A DNA stretch of 51,896 nt, counting the filler, from Jimgerdemannia flammicorona (Eukaryota), in NCBI GenBank assembly GCA_003990765.1. It is 2 parts of 2 records of this genome, joined end to end, with 100 filler letters (N's around TTAATTAATTAA, not from the genome) between each part and the next. Parts side by side here need not be neighbours in the genome. Positions count along the whole stretch, not along the records: positions 1 to 25,903 come from RBNJ01000778.1; positions 26,004 to 51,896 come from RBNJ01000779.1. The stretch is one strand, 5' to 3'. The position numbers and the translations under genes were made by a program. Shown here piece after piece: positions 21,801 through 35,620 of the stretch. Position 1 is the first letter of the stretch; each line of letters opens with the position of its first letter. The notes beneath the pieces were generated by a model that was not told the origin of the DNA, searched no databases, and worked only from the letters and a program-made list of their open reading frames with translations.

Positions 21801-24030
21801 TCTTGGAAGTGAAGCCAAATACTACACTACCTTAGATCTGTTCTCAGGCTTCCATCAGATCGGTCTCACTCAAGATGCTAGTGAGAAATCAGCCTTCATC
21901 ATACCTGATGCCACCTATATCTATCTGCAAATGCCATTTGGAATGTGTAATGCCCCAGCAAGTTTCCAGTGAATAATGAACAGAGTCTTCAGCAATGAGA
22001 TTGGAAAATGGCTCTTTATCTATGTTGATGATGTGATCATCTTCAGCAATACTGCATGGGAATATGTCAATCACATATAGCTAGCTCTCAAGAAGCTCAA
22101 GGAGCATGGTCTCTACATCAAGCCCAAGAAATGCAAGTTTGCAGCTCAAGAAATTGCCTACCTAGGACACCTCATCAACCAGACCAGAATCTATACAGAC
22201 CCCATGAAAATCAAGGCTGTTGCAGCCTACCTAAGACCCAGAACAACTACAGAAGTTCACACCTTCCTTGGACTGGCCAGCTACTACAGAAGATTCATCA
22301 AAGAATACTCCAATATTGCAGCACCTATCTATGAGCTACTGAAGAAGGAGACCAAATTCGAATGGACCAAGAAGTGCTAAGAAACCTTCAATGAACTCAA
22401 GACCAGATTGACCCAAGCACCCATCCTCAGAAGACCAAACTGGAACCTAGAATTTATCCTGCAGACAGACGCAAGTACTATAGGACTTAGAGCAGTCCTA
22501 GTTCAGAAGAAAGATGGACATGAATATATCATCTCCTATGCAAGCCAAGGTACCCATAGAGCAGAACAGAACTACAAGTTATGTAAGCTTGAATGCTTAG
22601 CAGTAGTCTGGGCAGTAGACAAGTTCCACTACTACCTAGTTGGGAAACACTTCACTATTCAAACAGACTATTCCACTCTTGCCTGGCTATTCCACACTCT
22701 GAACCCCAAAGGAATATATGCCAGATGGATCTACAGGCTGCAAGAGTATGACTATACTGTCAAGCACCACTCAGGAAAGACCAACACCAATACCAATGCA
22801 CTCTCAAGGACACCCTAAAACACCCCCATCAAGACTATTCAATATGAATAAGGAGCTATACTATGGATTAATTAGCTATCTTAAGCAGTGGAAGATGCCC
22901 AACCACCTCGAACCCTGGATAATCACCATCATCAACTGGACTTGGAAACAGTTTGAATTAGACAACACTATACTCAGAAAAGAAGGAAAGCTAGTAATAC
23001 CTGAACACAAGAAGTATCAAGTAATGAAGGAAGTACACAAGCAAGAATACTTAGGAGGAACCAACATATATGATAAGGCAAGAAGAACCATGTGGTGGCC
23101 CAAGATGGAAGAAGATCTGCGCCAATTTGTCAAAGAGTATGACAAGTGCTAAAAACAGAAACAAGATCAGCAAGACCAGACACTCGAGTCATCAAGAATT
23201 GAACCTATTCTCTTCCACCACATCACAATAGATATCATTAGACTACTACCAGTAACACTATCAGGAAACTGCTATATTATAGTTATTGTAGACCTCTTCA
23301 CTAAATGGATAGAGGCAGGAGCATTACAAGAAGCCAATGCTCTCTCTATAGCCAACTTCCTGCACTGAGAAATCATCTGCCACTACAAGACACCAAAGCA
23401 AATCACAACAGACTGCAGTACAGAATTTATCAATAAATTCCATGAGATAATGTATCAGAAATACAAGATCCAGTATATCAAGACCACAGTGTACCACCCT
23501 CAAGGAAATGGACAGATAGAGAGAATCAACAAGACCCTCAAGAACATCCTAGTGAAGATCTCAGAGACATATGAGAATTGGGATAACTATCTCCCAACCA
23601 CCCTCTCTGTCCTACAAGACATATAGTCACAGAGCACACATTTTACCCCAAGAGAGCTGCTCTTTAGAGAAGAAGATTCTGATGGAACCTCAGCCACAAA
23701 TCTAGACCTAACTTGGAGACAGGTTGATGCAGAAATCCAGAGACTACACCAAATCAGGAAGAAGGCTGAAGATTATATCACCAAGTCACAAACACTGACA
23801 AGGAAGAATGCAGAAAAGAATCACAAGGCCCTAGAACCCATCCGAATCAGAGAAAAGGTTCTATTATATCGAAATATGGTAGAAGCCTCATGGTTGTGAA
23901 AACTGGAGCCCAAATGGGAAGAACCCTTCTACATACAAGATATTAAGAGAACTACCTTCTGGCTTAGAAAAATCTCAGGGACTATACTGCCTACCATGGT
24001 ACATAGGAACAGACTCAAGAAGTACCATGA
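18826..24030 (+). pseudogene. Disrupted gag-pol of Gypsy family A
   Basis: Zinc knuckle YFRCREEGHYAKSC (first C to Y), protease IIDTGAG, RT LDLFSGFHQI / MPFGMCNAPASFQ / YVDD, RNase H FILQTDAS, integrase ITIDII...ERINKTLK...WEEPF. Confidence 0.92.
20922..21331 (+). pseudogene. dUTPase domain between protease and RT (frameshifted)
   Basis: AKIPEYKTEGAIGIDL, GTGIGVKLP, RSSLAK, VIDSEYTG, DRIGQMLI and RGEQGFGSTG are trimeric dUTPase motifs 1-5. Confidence 0.9.
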
Positions 24031-24392
24031 ACCTATACAAGAGAAGTAAAACATAATGACTACCTGTGAGGTTCTAGTATGTGAATCATAACAGTATGTC
24101 CCGTGACCAGTAGGCTATCTGTCTGGACCATTCTCTAAGGGATACAGTACTGGCAACTACTCATCCATGAGACTTTCGAAGTTAGAGGAGTTCAAACCAT
24201 CAACTGATTAGTCAAGATCAGAATTAGGCCCTTGCTCTATATAAAGGGAGTGACCCTTCACTATCATGCTAAAATACAAAGGGAAGATGCCAGCCCATAA
24301 ATACCAGTTTTCAACCCCTTGCCAGAGGTTATGGGATCAGCAAATTTTTCAGAACTGGACCAATGAATAAGGATGCTCAGGAAGATCCTTAT

Positions 24393-24404
24393 TTAGGAGA
24401 AAGA
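24393..24404 (+). promoter_or_regulatory. Polypurine tract
   Basis: ttaggagaaaga directly before the 3' LTR start (tataacagtgacccc). Confidence 0.65.
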
Positions 24405-25525
24405 TATAACAGTGACCCCAGAATGATAACATCAGCATAGAAGACAGCCTTTCCTTGCAAGCCACCAGATCGGAGCACAAGAAGATCATATGGCATATGA
24501 GATAAGCAATGATGACCAACTGTGAGTCATTGTGACCACAGTATAAGCATCTTGAAGAATATAAAAGAAGGATCAAGAAACTGCAGTAGCAGCAATAAAC
24601 AAGAACCACCAATTCCAAAATAGCTCAAAGACTTACCACAAACAAAATGCCTGCTGCCCACCAAACCTCAAGGTCAAGGAATCACCAAGGTATCTCAGTT
24701 GAGGAAAAGATGTTCCAAGACATCAGAAGAGCCATAGGGACTCACTCAAGAAGGACTCCTAGTATCCACCTGGGTATTGCAGACCCTTATCACTTCATTC
24801 TCTACTGCTGTGAAATGGAAACAAAGATCACCATTGCTACTGAATGTCTCCAAATATGGCAGGAGTACAAAATAGGAAACCTCCTCTGCCAGGAGTTCCC
24901 ACAGGCCAGCACCCAAGAGCTACAAGATGCCACTTCTATGGATATATATGAAATAAGGACAACTAAAAAGATCCATCAGATCTTCAGACATGCACTATGG
25001 TCAATCCCCAACTTGGAGTATGTCAGAGTCTCAGACTTCAGAGACCTATCATTCCACCATATCAATGCACTAGAAGCCAGGGTGGCTACAGAAGCTCAGT
25101 CCACTATCACCCTCAACAGCGAAGGAGTAGAAGACTTCTGGCATCCTATCCTTCAGAACAACCCAGACCAATTTCTGCAAGGATTGATCTCAGTATTCCA
25201 AAGTTCAAGCATCCAGATTAGACCTCCCTAAGACCCCACATTTGTTTCCTATTTTGTGGAAGAGAACCTCATAGACTGGAGAGCTTCAGATCTCCTTATT
25301 CCTGATTTCTCTGCCACAGCCGAATGTGATGATGTCATCAGTGATGACGTCATCCTGCATGATATTGAAGTATGTGAAACACGTGACCTATATGATGAAT
25401 TTGTGGATCTCATCTCCTTAGTGATGATGATGATGATGAAGCCTCCATGATCCTGAACTTTCTGCTTTAAGTTCTTTGTTATATTGGATAATGCCAGCAC
25501 CAGTATTCTCATGTAACACTGGATA
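24405..25525 (+). repeat. 3' LTR of family A (truncated), containing ORF copy 24647-~25470
   Basis: Direct repeat of 16944-~18065; similarity stops after catgtaacactggata. Confidence 0.9.
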
Positions 25526-25903
25526 TATAAGAGGGTTACTTTTTAGGGTGACTGTTACATAGTTCTAGAAGGGTTTTCTGGAAGTTCTAGATATTCTGGA
25601 AGACTGTTTTCTTATGGTCAAGATCAATTTCGTATGGAGTATGTCCTCTACACTTATTGATTTTAAGATCAGATTGATGTCTTAACCAAAGTCCTTTTTT
25701 TTGGACTAGTTCTGGATGTTCAGGATTTTCTGTATTTCAGGAAGTTCAAGAAACTAAGACTAGCTTAGTTGAATTAGCGTATCGCTGCAGACAATACCCA
25801 ATTAGGAAATTTCGTGACGGGGTTAGGAGTAGGACCTAACAGAGAGCAGATTTACTTAAGAGTGGTTTGTGGGTTATTAAATAGGTTTATTCGCTATTCA
25901 TGA
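25526..25903 (-). mobile_element. LTR fragment of a second family (B), nested in the family A 3' LTR and cut by the gap
   Basis: Similar to 48310-48675 (ggtcaagatcaatttc, tttcaggaagttcaagaaact, attaaataggttta); starts tataagag, a decayed TGTAAGAG. Confidence 0.7.
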
Positions 25904-26003
25904 NNNNNNNNNNNNNNNNNNNNNNNNNNNNNNNNNNNNNNNNNNNNTTAATTAATTAANNNNNNNNNNNNNNNNNNNNNNNNNNNNNNNNNNNNNNNNN
26001 NNN
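25904..26003. other. Assembly gap (100 nt) with TTAATTAATTAA spacer at 25948-25959
   Basis: N runs flank a 12-mer that has stops in all six frames. Confidence 0.97.
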
Positions 26004-27490
26004 AAAAAAGGAGTCTCTGGGGTGCTGGGAGAGATGATGGCACTTTGCGACTTGATATTATAGTCAGGGAAGTGGGTGGGGAAGCAGGATCTGGGGTTGG
26101 GAGCACTACTGTATAAGGAAAAGGACAGGAGAGAGAATTGGAAGAACTGGTGACCAATCATACTCCTGGATATAGATAGAAAGATGGTCACCAAGATAGT
26201 TATGACAAGACTGCAGAATGTGGTACAGTAAGTCATGAGTGAGGAGCAGTAGGGCTTTATTCGGGACTGGCTTATCAGGGATATTATAGCTTGGAGTCAT
26301 AGTATTATTGAAGAGACTCAAGTCTGTAAGCTAGATGGAAGATTGGTCTTTCTGGATCAGGAGAAGGCCTCTGACTGTATCTGGTGGATCTGGTTGGCAA
26401 GAGTACTGGATAGGATTGGAGTCCTCTGGTAGTTCTAAGTATCATTGATCAGTCTACTGAAAGGGAGTAAGGTAGTACTTATGTGTAATGGCCATTAGGG
26501 GATAGTATTCTCTCTGGATGGAGATATTCCCCAGGGGGACCCACAGTTCTCTATTTTGTATGCACTGTCCTTAGAGCCATTGATGGATAGGATTTGGTGT
26601 AAGGAGTGAAGCTCTCTATGTTTGGAATTGTCTGAAAGGTTGGGGCCTTTGTAGATAATATAGTGGTGGGCCTTGAGTTGATTGCTAATATAGGAGTCCT
26701 TCAGAAAACAGTAGAGTGATATGAGTTGCACTCTGGAGTAAAGCTCTACTGGTATAAGTGAAATGATAGTGTTAGGAAATAGTCTGGTAAGAGGAGATAT
26801 CATTGGAACAATTTTCCCTACTGGAGATACTATGTGGTACTTGGGCATTTTCCTCTCTGTTAATGGGTCTATTCTGCTTAGAATTTGGTGTGAGCATAGG
26901 GTGACTATTTGAGGAGAGACCCTACAGAGCTGGGGAGGCTGCCATATCTCTTTGTTAGGCCATGTTGCAATCCAGAATATTTACTGGTTTCTGAAGCTGA
27001 AGTATTTGAGATATCACTTGAATATTCCGACCTGGGTAGTGAAGAGGCTTTTGAAGCTAGCCAAAGACTGGATCTGGGCTGGGAGAAGGAGTCAGATTAG
27101 CTGAGAGATTCTATCATTATCAGTAGAAAGAAGAGGTCTTGGACTAGTTGATTTCCTGAAAAGGCTTCATTGTCAGAGAACATGGTTGCTGAAGAGAGCT
27201 GTAGAACTGAGGGGAGTAGTTGGGTACCTCTGATGCAAAAGGTCTGGGAGATGAGGTTTTCACTGAGGGGTTTTTCTGGGAATCTATTGTCCTTAGTTGG
27301 TCTTAAGAGTAATGGGTGCAGGCAGTATAAGGGCTTCTAGTGGGGAGTGGTTAATTGGGTACACTACATTAGTCTTCACTGGCAAGAGACTGAGGGAGAG
27401 ATACCATGAGGTCTGGCAATATAGAGATTAGACCACATGTTTTTAGGGAGTACTCTACTAATTGACTTCAACATTGGTGATAGAGTGGAG
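26004..27490 (+). mobile_element. Decayed LINE ORF2 (RT) fragment, diverged relative of the LINEs below
   Basis: WKNW*PIILLDIDRK, FLDQEKA, IPQGDP, LYALSLEPL, GAFVDN, RGLGLVDF. Confidence 0.85.
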
Positions 27491-30400
27491 TGTGGCCCCC
27501 ACCCCCACCACTAGCCATTCAAAATATCCAGCAACAACCATTCCCAATATGCTACCTTATCCCTAACCCCAACCCACCAACCCTCCTCAAATACATATAC
27601 CCAATGCCCAGCCATCCCAACCCATATCACCAGAGCCCAGCCAAGAGTCAGTCATCCACTGACCAGCCTTTGGCAGAGCTCTCCCCATCTCCCCCCAACC
27701 CCTCCCTCCAGGGCCCACAGCCCTAACCAGTCTATTATATGTCCCCAGAATATCCCCAAAACATTATACTTGGCAAGCCAATATTCAGGCATTTGAACCA
27801 CTCCTTCCTCCTGACCAACATCGAAACATTCTTCACACTCAATAGTACCCCCATCTACCAAGTGCTCAGACCACTAGTTCAACATCACATTCTGCTATAG
27901 AACTCACCACTATACCACCCAGAACTTGGGGGGCAGCCACTGCATCACCTGCTTGCTCCAAAGCCAGAGTCCATTCCTGTCCCACTCCTCACCAATCCTG
28001 ACCCTCTGCCAGGCTTTAGGCCAAAGGTCAACACCTAAGCCCTGCAGACTCTCTATATTCTCACCAAGCTGGAAGTCCTCTACCAAGACACTGCCCAGCA
28101 GATGTCTGTCCCACCACCACATCTGTGGTCCCCAGTCCTCCTCTCCTTCACTACCCTGCCACCAAAGTCCAATTCTCTTAGCTCTATCCACCACTTCCCA
28201 CCAAAAGTTCTTATACCGCATCCTCCTACTCCCATCTATGGCCACCATCACAAGCAGGTCACCAGAGTCTCCACAAGGGGAATACAAGACCTCCCATACT
28301 CTCTGTATGAGTGGTACCCACTCCCAGCCCCTCACTACACTTGCCCTCTGCAGCCACCAGAACCTCAAGCAATGAAGCCACTTGGTGAAGTCCACTAAAC
28401 CCAGCCCACCTCTTTCCACTGGTAGTGTGAGTGTTTCCCAACCAATCTGACTTTGCCAGCCCCCCCAGATCCATGATCTTGCCATCTTCAACAGCCCCTG
28501 ACCACCCAAGCTAGAAAGTCCAGATGGTACACAACATACTACAGCTTCAGTAGCCAATATTCATTCAGCACCATCACCCTTTCCACCAGGGACATATACC
28601 ATCCCCCCCACTGCAGGAGCACATTTCCCCACTCCAGAAGTTGCTAATCCCACTATGCCCAGGGAAGGAGAGACCCATACACTGAGAAGTAGATATCTAA
28701 GTATCACACCAGCTTACCTGCTGGTACCATTATCCCAATTATATCACTGCTGACAATTCCACCACCTAGCACCAAAGTCTCACATTTATACCAATTGAGT
28801 TTAGCACCAGAACCCCTCTCATACCATTCAACAGACTGTTGTAATTCCTCAACATCCATCAATGAGCCCAGTCTAACCACCATGTCATCTGCAAAGGCCC
28901 CCACCTTCCAATTTATCTCTAGAATGTCCAAACCCCCAATTCGGCACCAGATCCTATCCAGTAAGGGCTCCAGAGAGAGGACATATAAGATGGGTGACAA
29001 AGGGTCCCTTTGTGGTACCCCACGGCTGAGTGGAAATGCCACCCCCCTGTGGCCATTGACAACTAATGCAGCCTGACTGTTCTCCAAAAGGCCATCAATG
29101 ACCTATGAATCCCTGGAGGAATACCAATCTACTTTAACACTCCCTCTAGCCAAATTCTCCATATTCTATAATATGACTTCTCCTGATCCAAGAAGACCAA
29201 CTGGTCATCCACCCCTATAGCCCAGGTACCTTCAATCATACTATGTACCTATGCTGTCCCATCATAGATCAACCAGCTACTGACAAAGCCATGTTGCTCT
29301 ACACTAAGCACTTGTTGAGCAATACCTTACAGCCTCATCACCAATATCTTCATCACCAGCTTGTGGTCTATGTGGAGTAGCATGATTAGCTACCAGTTCT
29401 TCCAATCTTCCCACCTCTCTTTATTCTTGGAGAGCAAGGAGACCAGCCCCAGGCACTGGCCCCCAATCCAAGTTCCAGACCAAAGAACCTCCCCACACAT
29501 ATCTGCTATTTCCTCCAATACCATGCCCACCCCAGCCATATTCTTCCAAAAGTCCCAGGGGAGTCCATTCTCCCCTAGAGCCATCCTCTTGCTAGTTGTG
29601 GCCAGGACCCTGCAAATTTCCTTACTGCTCACTAGGTCTCCCAAAGTCTCCAGGCCAATTGCGAGATCTGGATGCCAATCCCCCAGCTGCCTTTCAATGT
29701 CCAAAGCAGCCTCCCTACTCTCCTCTTTACTCTATAGACTCTCCCAATGGGTTCACAGCAATCTTAGAATTGCTGGCATCCCCACCACCAGCTCTCCATC
29801 TACATTCAGAACTCCCTCCCACTGCTGCTTTGTTCATTGCACCTAAAGCATCCATGATAGAAACCTAGTAGGCCTCTCCCACTCCTCAAGCCCTTGCCAC
29901 TATAGCCATACCACCATCCCCTGTAGTCTCACCTCCTCCTCCTGATGTAGTACTTCTTTAAGCTCCACAACTTCCTTCTGGGTCCTCACAATACACCAGT
30001 TGGTTACCTCCCAATCTTCTAGCACACCCACCCATCACTCCATGAGTGCCGCCAATTGCTGCGATGTCTATAATACCCTCTGCCATCATTGGACACATCT
30101 TCCTTTTCCCACCTCCCTCTAGTACCCCTGAGCATTCGCCTTCAGCCTCCTCCAGTGGTCCCCAATTCCCAGGCCCTAGTACTGCCACCTTCCAATGTTC
30201 CCAATAACCTCCTTTTTCCAGTCTGCCCACAAACCCTCATCCTCTAACAGAGAAGAATTTAGTTGCTAATGTCTAGGCTCATCCTCATTACCCCCAAACC
30301 TCTCCCCTCCTAGCAGCCCCCAGTGATCAGACCATGGATACCAAACCACCTCCAGCATTGTCCAGACATCTACACCCCAGCAATCTTCTATTACAATCCA

Positions 30401-33013
30401 GTCAATTTTGGAGCCCAGCCCTGCTGCCCAATGTGTATAAATCTAACAATCATCCCAAAACTGTCTCCCTGAATCCACCAGAGAACTCAACCTCTCCAAC
30501 TCCAACCAGTCATCCAATCCACCACTCCTACTTCACATTCCTCTCCCTCTATCTGTCCATCCATCTCCTTATCCTGCACCATGTTGAAGTCACTCCCTAA
30601 ATAGTCCAACCCAATCTCTCCTAAGATGCCAGCCTCCTTTAACCCACAAATCCAATCTACTCACTCCTCTTTCTCAGCTGGGCAATAAATAGACCCCACT
30701 GTCAGCGGGCTCCATCCATGTCTCTTTACACTCCCAATACCAACCAAGAACCCCAATGTCCAATGTCCCCAATGTCCCCCATCCCTTTCTGAACAAGGAT
30801 ACCCACCCTCCCCATTCATACTGCAGCCCCCCCCCATTCCTTGGTCCAATTCTGTAAGTTCACATCTGCCTCATAATGGATATCCTGTAGCAAAAAGAGA
30901 TCCACCTCCAATCCCTTTAGCCAATCAAATATGTACTTCCTCCTTGTCACCCCCCATAACCCATTGACGTTCAAAGAAAAAATCCTGGTTTACTGTTTAT
31001 ATTGAAAATTGTTTGCATTTGAGATCCTATCCTAGTACTCTATACTCATCTCATCCTCAGCCAGATCCAAGCACCACTCTGCTTCTAAGTCACTCTCTAC
31101 AACAGCTTGAGCATCCAATGCCTCCAAGATTACCTGACATTCCACTCCATCTACCACCTCCATCTCTGACTGGTAGTCTCTGCAGACTGTGTGCCACTTC
31201 TCCAATCCCTTCCTCAAGTTCCCCAAGAATGCCGCTCTGTCATTCACAATCTCTCTAAGTTCCTTCTCCTACTGATTGTTGACTTGGTATTCAACTGACT
31301 CCAAGAGGACTGCTAGGATCTCATTTCTCACTTTCCTTGGTATCTCCTCTCCCCAAAGGATCTCCTCCCAATGCCACTCTTTCATAACCCAGAAGTTCTC
31401 TCTCTGTAGCTCCTCTGCCGCCACCCCTTCCAGAGTCTTCCACAGCCACTTCTCCTCATCCACTGCCTCTGCTACACCCTGGGCGATCTGTCCCCCCTCC
31501 ACCTCTTGGTCCACCAGGGCACTCCACCTCACTGACTTATCCTACTCCTCATCTGGGATATCCAGCAACTCCTCCTCCCCTCTCTCTCCTCTCAGGACAC
31601 TATACTGAGGATGTACTCCTTTGCTCATTTCAGCATCAGCTTCCCCACCACCTTCCCTCACCTCTCCCAATCTACTCTGAGTCCTACCTTGGGCCATCCT
31701 GCTTTCCCCAGCCCAGACACTCTCCCTCAATCCCATGTTTCTACCTCCTGTGCTACCACCTGCTCCACCTACACCCAATATTGCCAACAGCTCCTTCTGA
31801 ATTTTCCTCACCTGCATCTTCTCCCAGGCCACCTGATCCATCCTTACCCTCTTTCCATCTACTTCTTCTACCACCATCCTGGCCATGTACTTCTTCCACA
31901 CCACTCTCCTCCCTTTCAGATCCTCCAGAGCCTCAAGCAAGTCCTCCTCCTCCTCCAGGGTCACCTTCACCCTTGTGACCTTGTACTCCACTGGTCTCCA
32001 CCTCAGCATTGCCAGCCAGTCCCTCATCTTCCCCATGTTCTTCTTCCCAGCCAATTGCACCCTGACATCGACATCACCAGTCTGGAGCTCAGTACCCTTC
32101 CAGACCTTAAACCCAATATCCACAATCTCCCTATATTCCTTGACCACCTCCACAATCACCTCCCTAGCCCTCTCCTTTGACACTGTCAGAAGATCCAAAA
32201 CTGTCAACTATACCACTCAGAGGTCCCAGTGCATATACCTGGCCATAGGGACCACAACCCTACCCACTGTCACCCCCTTCTCCATAGTCACCAGTAATGC
32301 TTCCTCTTCCTTAAACCCCACCTTGACCCCTTTCCTCTTCAAAAACTTCACCAAAGCTGCACCTTTCACCTCCTGCACCACCAGCCTGAGGATCATCCTT
32401 ACCATCACTGTCAAGCCCCTGAAACACATTGTGACTGTGAATTCTGACCTTGATTTCTGGAGTAATGGTGCTGACACTATACCCATCACCCCATCTGCCA
32501 GATCCCCAGGCCTCACACCAATCCCCTATCCTGAATTAGCAGGCACTGTCATATCTGGGTTTTTGCCAGATCTCCAGTCATAGCCCCATCAACAGTTACA
32601 TCTCCAGCCCCTACTCCCCCTCCTTCCCTACTACTGGATACTTCCTCAGGTACTCCTCTCTGTCTCCCAGCAGTAGCTGTTGATGTCTTCCCTAGACTCA
32701 GCCAGTTATCCAGACCCAAGGCTATCCTCTCCATCTTCATCTTGTCTGCAAAGGTCGACTGCTCCCCTCCTTGCTGGCTTCAAGCTGCCCCTCCCTCTAC
32801 CACCAGCACCTCAGCTGGCCATTGAGGCCCCCAGCATCCCCAAACCATCTCCCCTCCTCCCCACCTGCTGCCAGCCAAAGGCACCATCACCTCCCTGGCC
32901 AGGATGCTCACCAGATCAATTATTGCCATCTATATTGATAGATCTGTCACCAAAAACATTGAGAAAGGTATTGCCAAAGTCTTGTAACACCTGAATGATA
33001 CTGGTGAAAGATG
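27491..33013 (-). mobile_element. L1/Tx1-like LINE, near full length, 3' end and poly(A) missing
   Basis: Reverse-complement homolog of 40186-45750: ORF1 fragments, APE endonuclease (FSLNVNGL, SDH) and RT (GVPQRDPLSP, FADD, LPVERGGLG). Confidence 0.92.
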
Positions 33014-33659
33014 TGCTGTCTTTGAAATGTATATTGATTGGGAACTGAAGGTTGATGTCCAAGAAGAGTATACTTAAAAAATTAATATAATGTTCTTTTG
33101 CTTTACTTCAAGTTTGTGATATTTCTCTAATAATCTATTTGATGATATATATATATATATATATATAAATGAACCATATATCTCACAAAATTCAGAGTAC
33201 TATAAATAAATCCAACAAAGATATATTTATCTGAGAAGACAGATCCTGCTTATTACTAATAATATGTGATATTGAGAGATAATTTTTTTACTGAAATTTT
33301 GCAGCTCTATATTGTCTGGCCAGACATTCTCCAAGAAGATAGATTAATGAACTTGTTTTACAGCTAACTGCTAAAGAATATTGCTTCATCCCTTCCAATA
33401 ATATCTGTGGGACTTTAGTTCTATTAAATTAAAAAAAAAAAAAAAAAATCACTCTATCTATATTTTTTAAGTATAATGTCAACTTTGGCTTTTTGAGAGT
33501 ATCTCTTGATACTTTAAATAAATGTAGATGTCTGAATTAATGCCTGAGATTGAACAGAAATTCTTAGAATATAAGAAATCAATTATATCTACTTCTAAAG
33601 GACAGGTATCTAGACCACAAGACTGGTATTTATCACTGAGACTTTTTATGACCCTAAAA

Positions 33660-34005
33660 GAAGTAGCTGACATAGGTGACATATTGGACTTAGACAACAT
33701 GATGGACTTGGGCAATATAATGGACTTTGATAATGTAATGAACTAGGTAATATGACAGACTTCTACAATATGATAGTCTTGGGTGATGTGTTAGACTTAA
33801 GTGATGTAATGGACTTGGACTTGGGCAATGTAGTAGACTTGAGTGGCGTAATGGACTTGAACTTAGACTTGAGTAATGTGGCAGACTTAGGTGATATAGC
33901 AGACTTTGGTGATATAGCAGACTTGGACAACATGGTAGACTTGGGTGATGTTGAAGACTTGGGTGATATAATGGACTCAGGTTATGTGGTAGACTTGAAC
34001 ACTGT
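33660..34005. repeat. Degenerate 18-bp minisatellite (gacttgggtgatgtaatg-like)
   Basis: DLGDVM-type hexapeptide repeat in ORFs 33528-33746 and 33752-34039. Confidence 0.85.
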
Positions 34006-34269
34006 GATAAGTTTTCATCTTTATGATTATTATCTTTGAGATTATTATTTATGATATACTATAATATAATTTAAAGATAATAATGAATAAATATATTTAA
34101 TTTAAATACTATAAATATAAATATATCTGGAATTCTACTTATAAACTCATCTAACTCATACTCATCTTGAATTTGATAATAATAATATAGATGGTGTGCT
34201 GGAATTTTGGCTGGTGAGATTGTGGCATTATCAGTATATCTTCTAAATATATCTTAAAGGTCTTGCTTG

Positions 34270-34437
34270 TAGCTGAGTAATGGTTTGGAGAGCAGTGGTT
34301 TGAGGACTAGTGGTTTGGAAAGGTGTGGTAGTTAGGGAAGTAGTGGTTTGGGGATCAGCAGTTTGAGGAGCAGCAGTTTGGGGAGTGGTGGTTTGAGGAG
34401 TAGCAGTGGTTTGGAGAGCAGTAGTTTGGGGATTGGT
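34270..34437. repeat. 15-bp minisatellite (gcagtggtttgggga-like)
   Basis: TTAPQ/TTTPQ pentapeptide repeat in minus ORF 34243-34485. Confidence 0.85.
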
Positions 34438-34789
34438 ATCTTGTAAAACAATGACTTCAAGACACCCCCACTGGTGTCCCTGCAACCCAGTAATAGTCTG
34501 GAGAAGTTGCTTTGATCAAGAAATGGCTTAGAAAGATCACTACTTGGAGGTTAGGAAATGTTCTGGCAATCTATCAGTGTTTTAGGAATCCACAGTAGCT
34601 CAGAGTACCCAGGTGAGAGATTTTCATCAGCTGGAGGTAGTGGCTTGATAGAGGTCCTATTGCTATAGCTTGAGAACTTGGTAGAGGCTTGGGTATTTGT
34701 TTTCTTTGTCTGGGACATCATTTGGTTATCTTGGTTCACCTCTGAATCAACAGGCCTCTGTGAGGAGATCTTGCATATTGAGATCTTTA

Positions 34790-35620
34790 AGTGCATCATC
34801 AGAATATAGTAGGTGGTCTGAATACAGAAGATAGAGTGTGGGAAGTTGGGTCATCAGAATCTAGTGAGTCATAGAGTGCAGGAAATCAGTTGCATCATCA
34901 GAATCTAGTAAGTCATAGAGTGCAGGAAGTCAGCAGAAGGTAGAGTATACAAAATTGAATACATTATCAGGATACAGTAGATTGTAGAACACAGGAAGTC
35001 AGCAGAAGGTAGAGTGTAGGAAATCAGGTACCTTATCAGAATATAGAAGGTAGAGTGTGGAAAATTGTGTATTGTTGGAATACAGAAGTTAGTGTGTAGG
35101 AAGTCAGGTCATCAGAATACAGAAGGCAGAGTGTGGGAATTCGGACTGATGGAATATAGAAGGAAGAATGCAGGAAGTTGGATTATCAGATCACAGAAGG
35201 TAGATAGGAAATCAGATGCAACATCAGAATATGGTGGATTGTTGGAATATAGAGAGTAGAGTGCAGAAGTTGGATTGTCAGAACAGAGAAGATAGAGTGT
35301 GGGAAATTAGATCATTGGAATATAGAAGGTAGAGTACCAGAAGTTGAGTCGCTGGAATATAGAAGGTAGAGTACAGGAAATTGAATGCATCATCAGAATA
35401 TGGTATGTTGTCAGAATACAGAGAGTAGAGTACAGAAGTTGGGTCATCAGAACACAGAAGATAGAGTGTGGGAAATCAGATCATTGGAATACAAAAGGTA
35501 GAATACCAGAAGTCAGGTCACTGGAATACAGAAGGTAGAGTGCAGAAAGCTATGTGTATTGTCAGAATAGGCATATTAGAATACATAAGGCAGAGTTGTT
35601 GTCAGAATATGGTTGGTTGA
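34790..35620. repeat. Degenerate tandem array of ~33-37-bp units (atcagaatacagaaggtagagtgcaggaagtc)
   Basis: gaaggtagagt and atcagaata recur throughout ~830 bp. Confidence 0.8.

Larger units (their letters stand above)
16944..25525 (+). mobile_element. Gypsy LTR retrotransposon (family A) with dUTPase; 3' LTR truncated by a nested LTR
   Basis: LTR - PBS - gag - protease - dUTPase - RT - RNase H - integrase - PPT - LTR order; multiple stops. Confidence 0.93.

Noticed and set aside
25948..25959. Palindromic TTAATTAATTAA between N runs
   Set aside because: Artificial scaffold spacer with stops in six frames; not biological.
27555..27585. ccctaacccc telomere-like motif
   Set aside because: Single unit inside the C-rich strand of a LINE; not an array.
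34790..35620. CRISPR-like array
   Set aside because: Units are degenerate with no unique spacers, there are no cas genes, and the context is eukaryotic.
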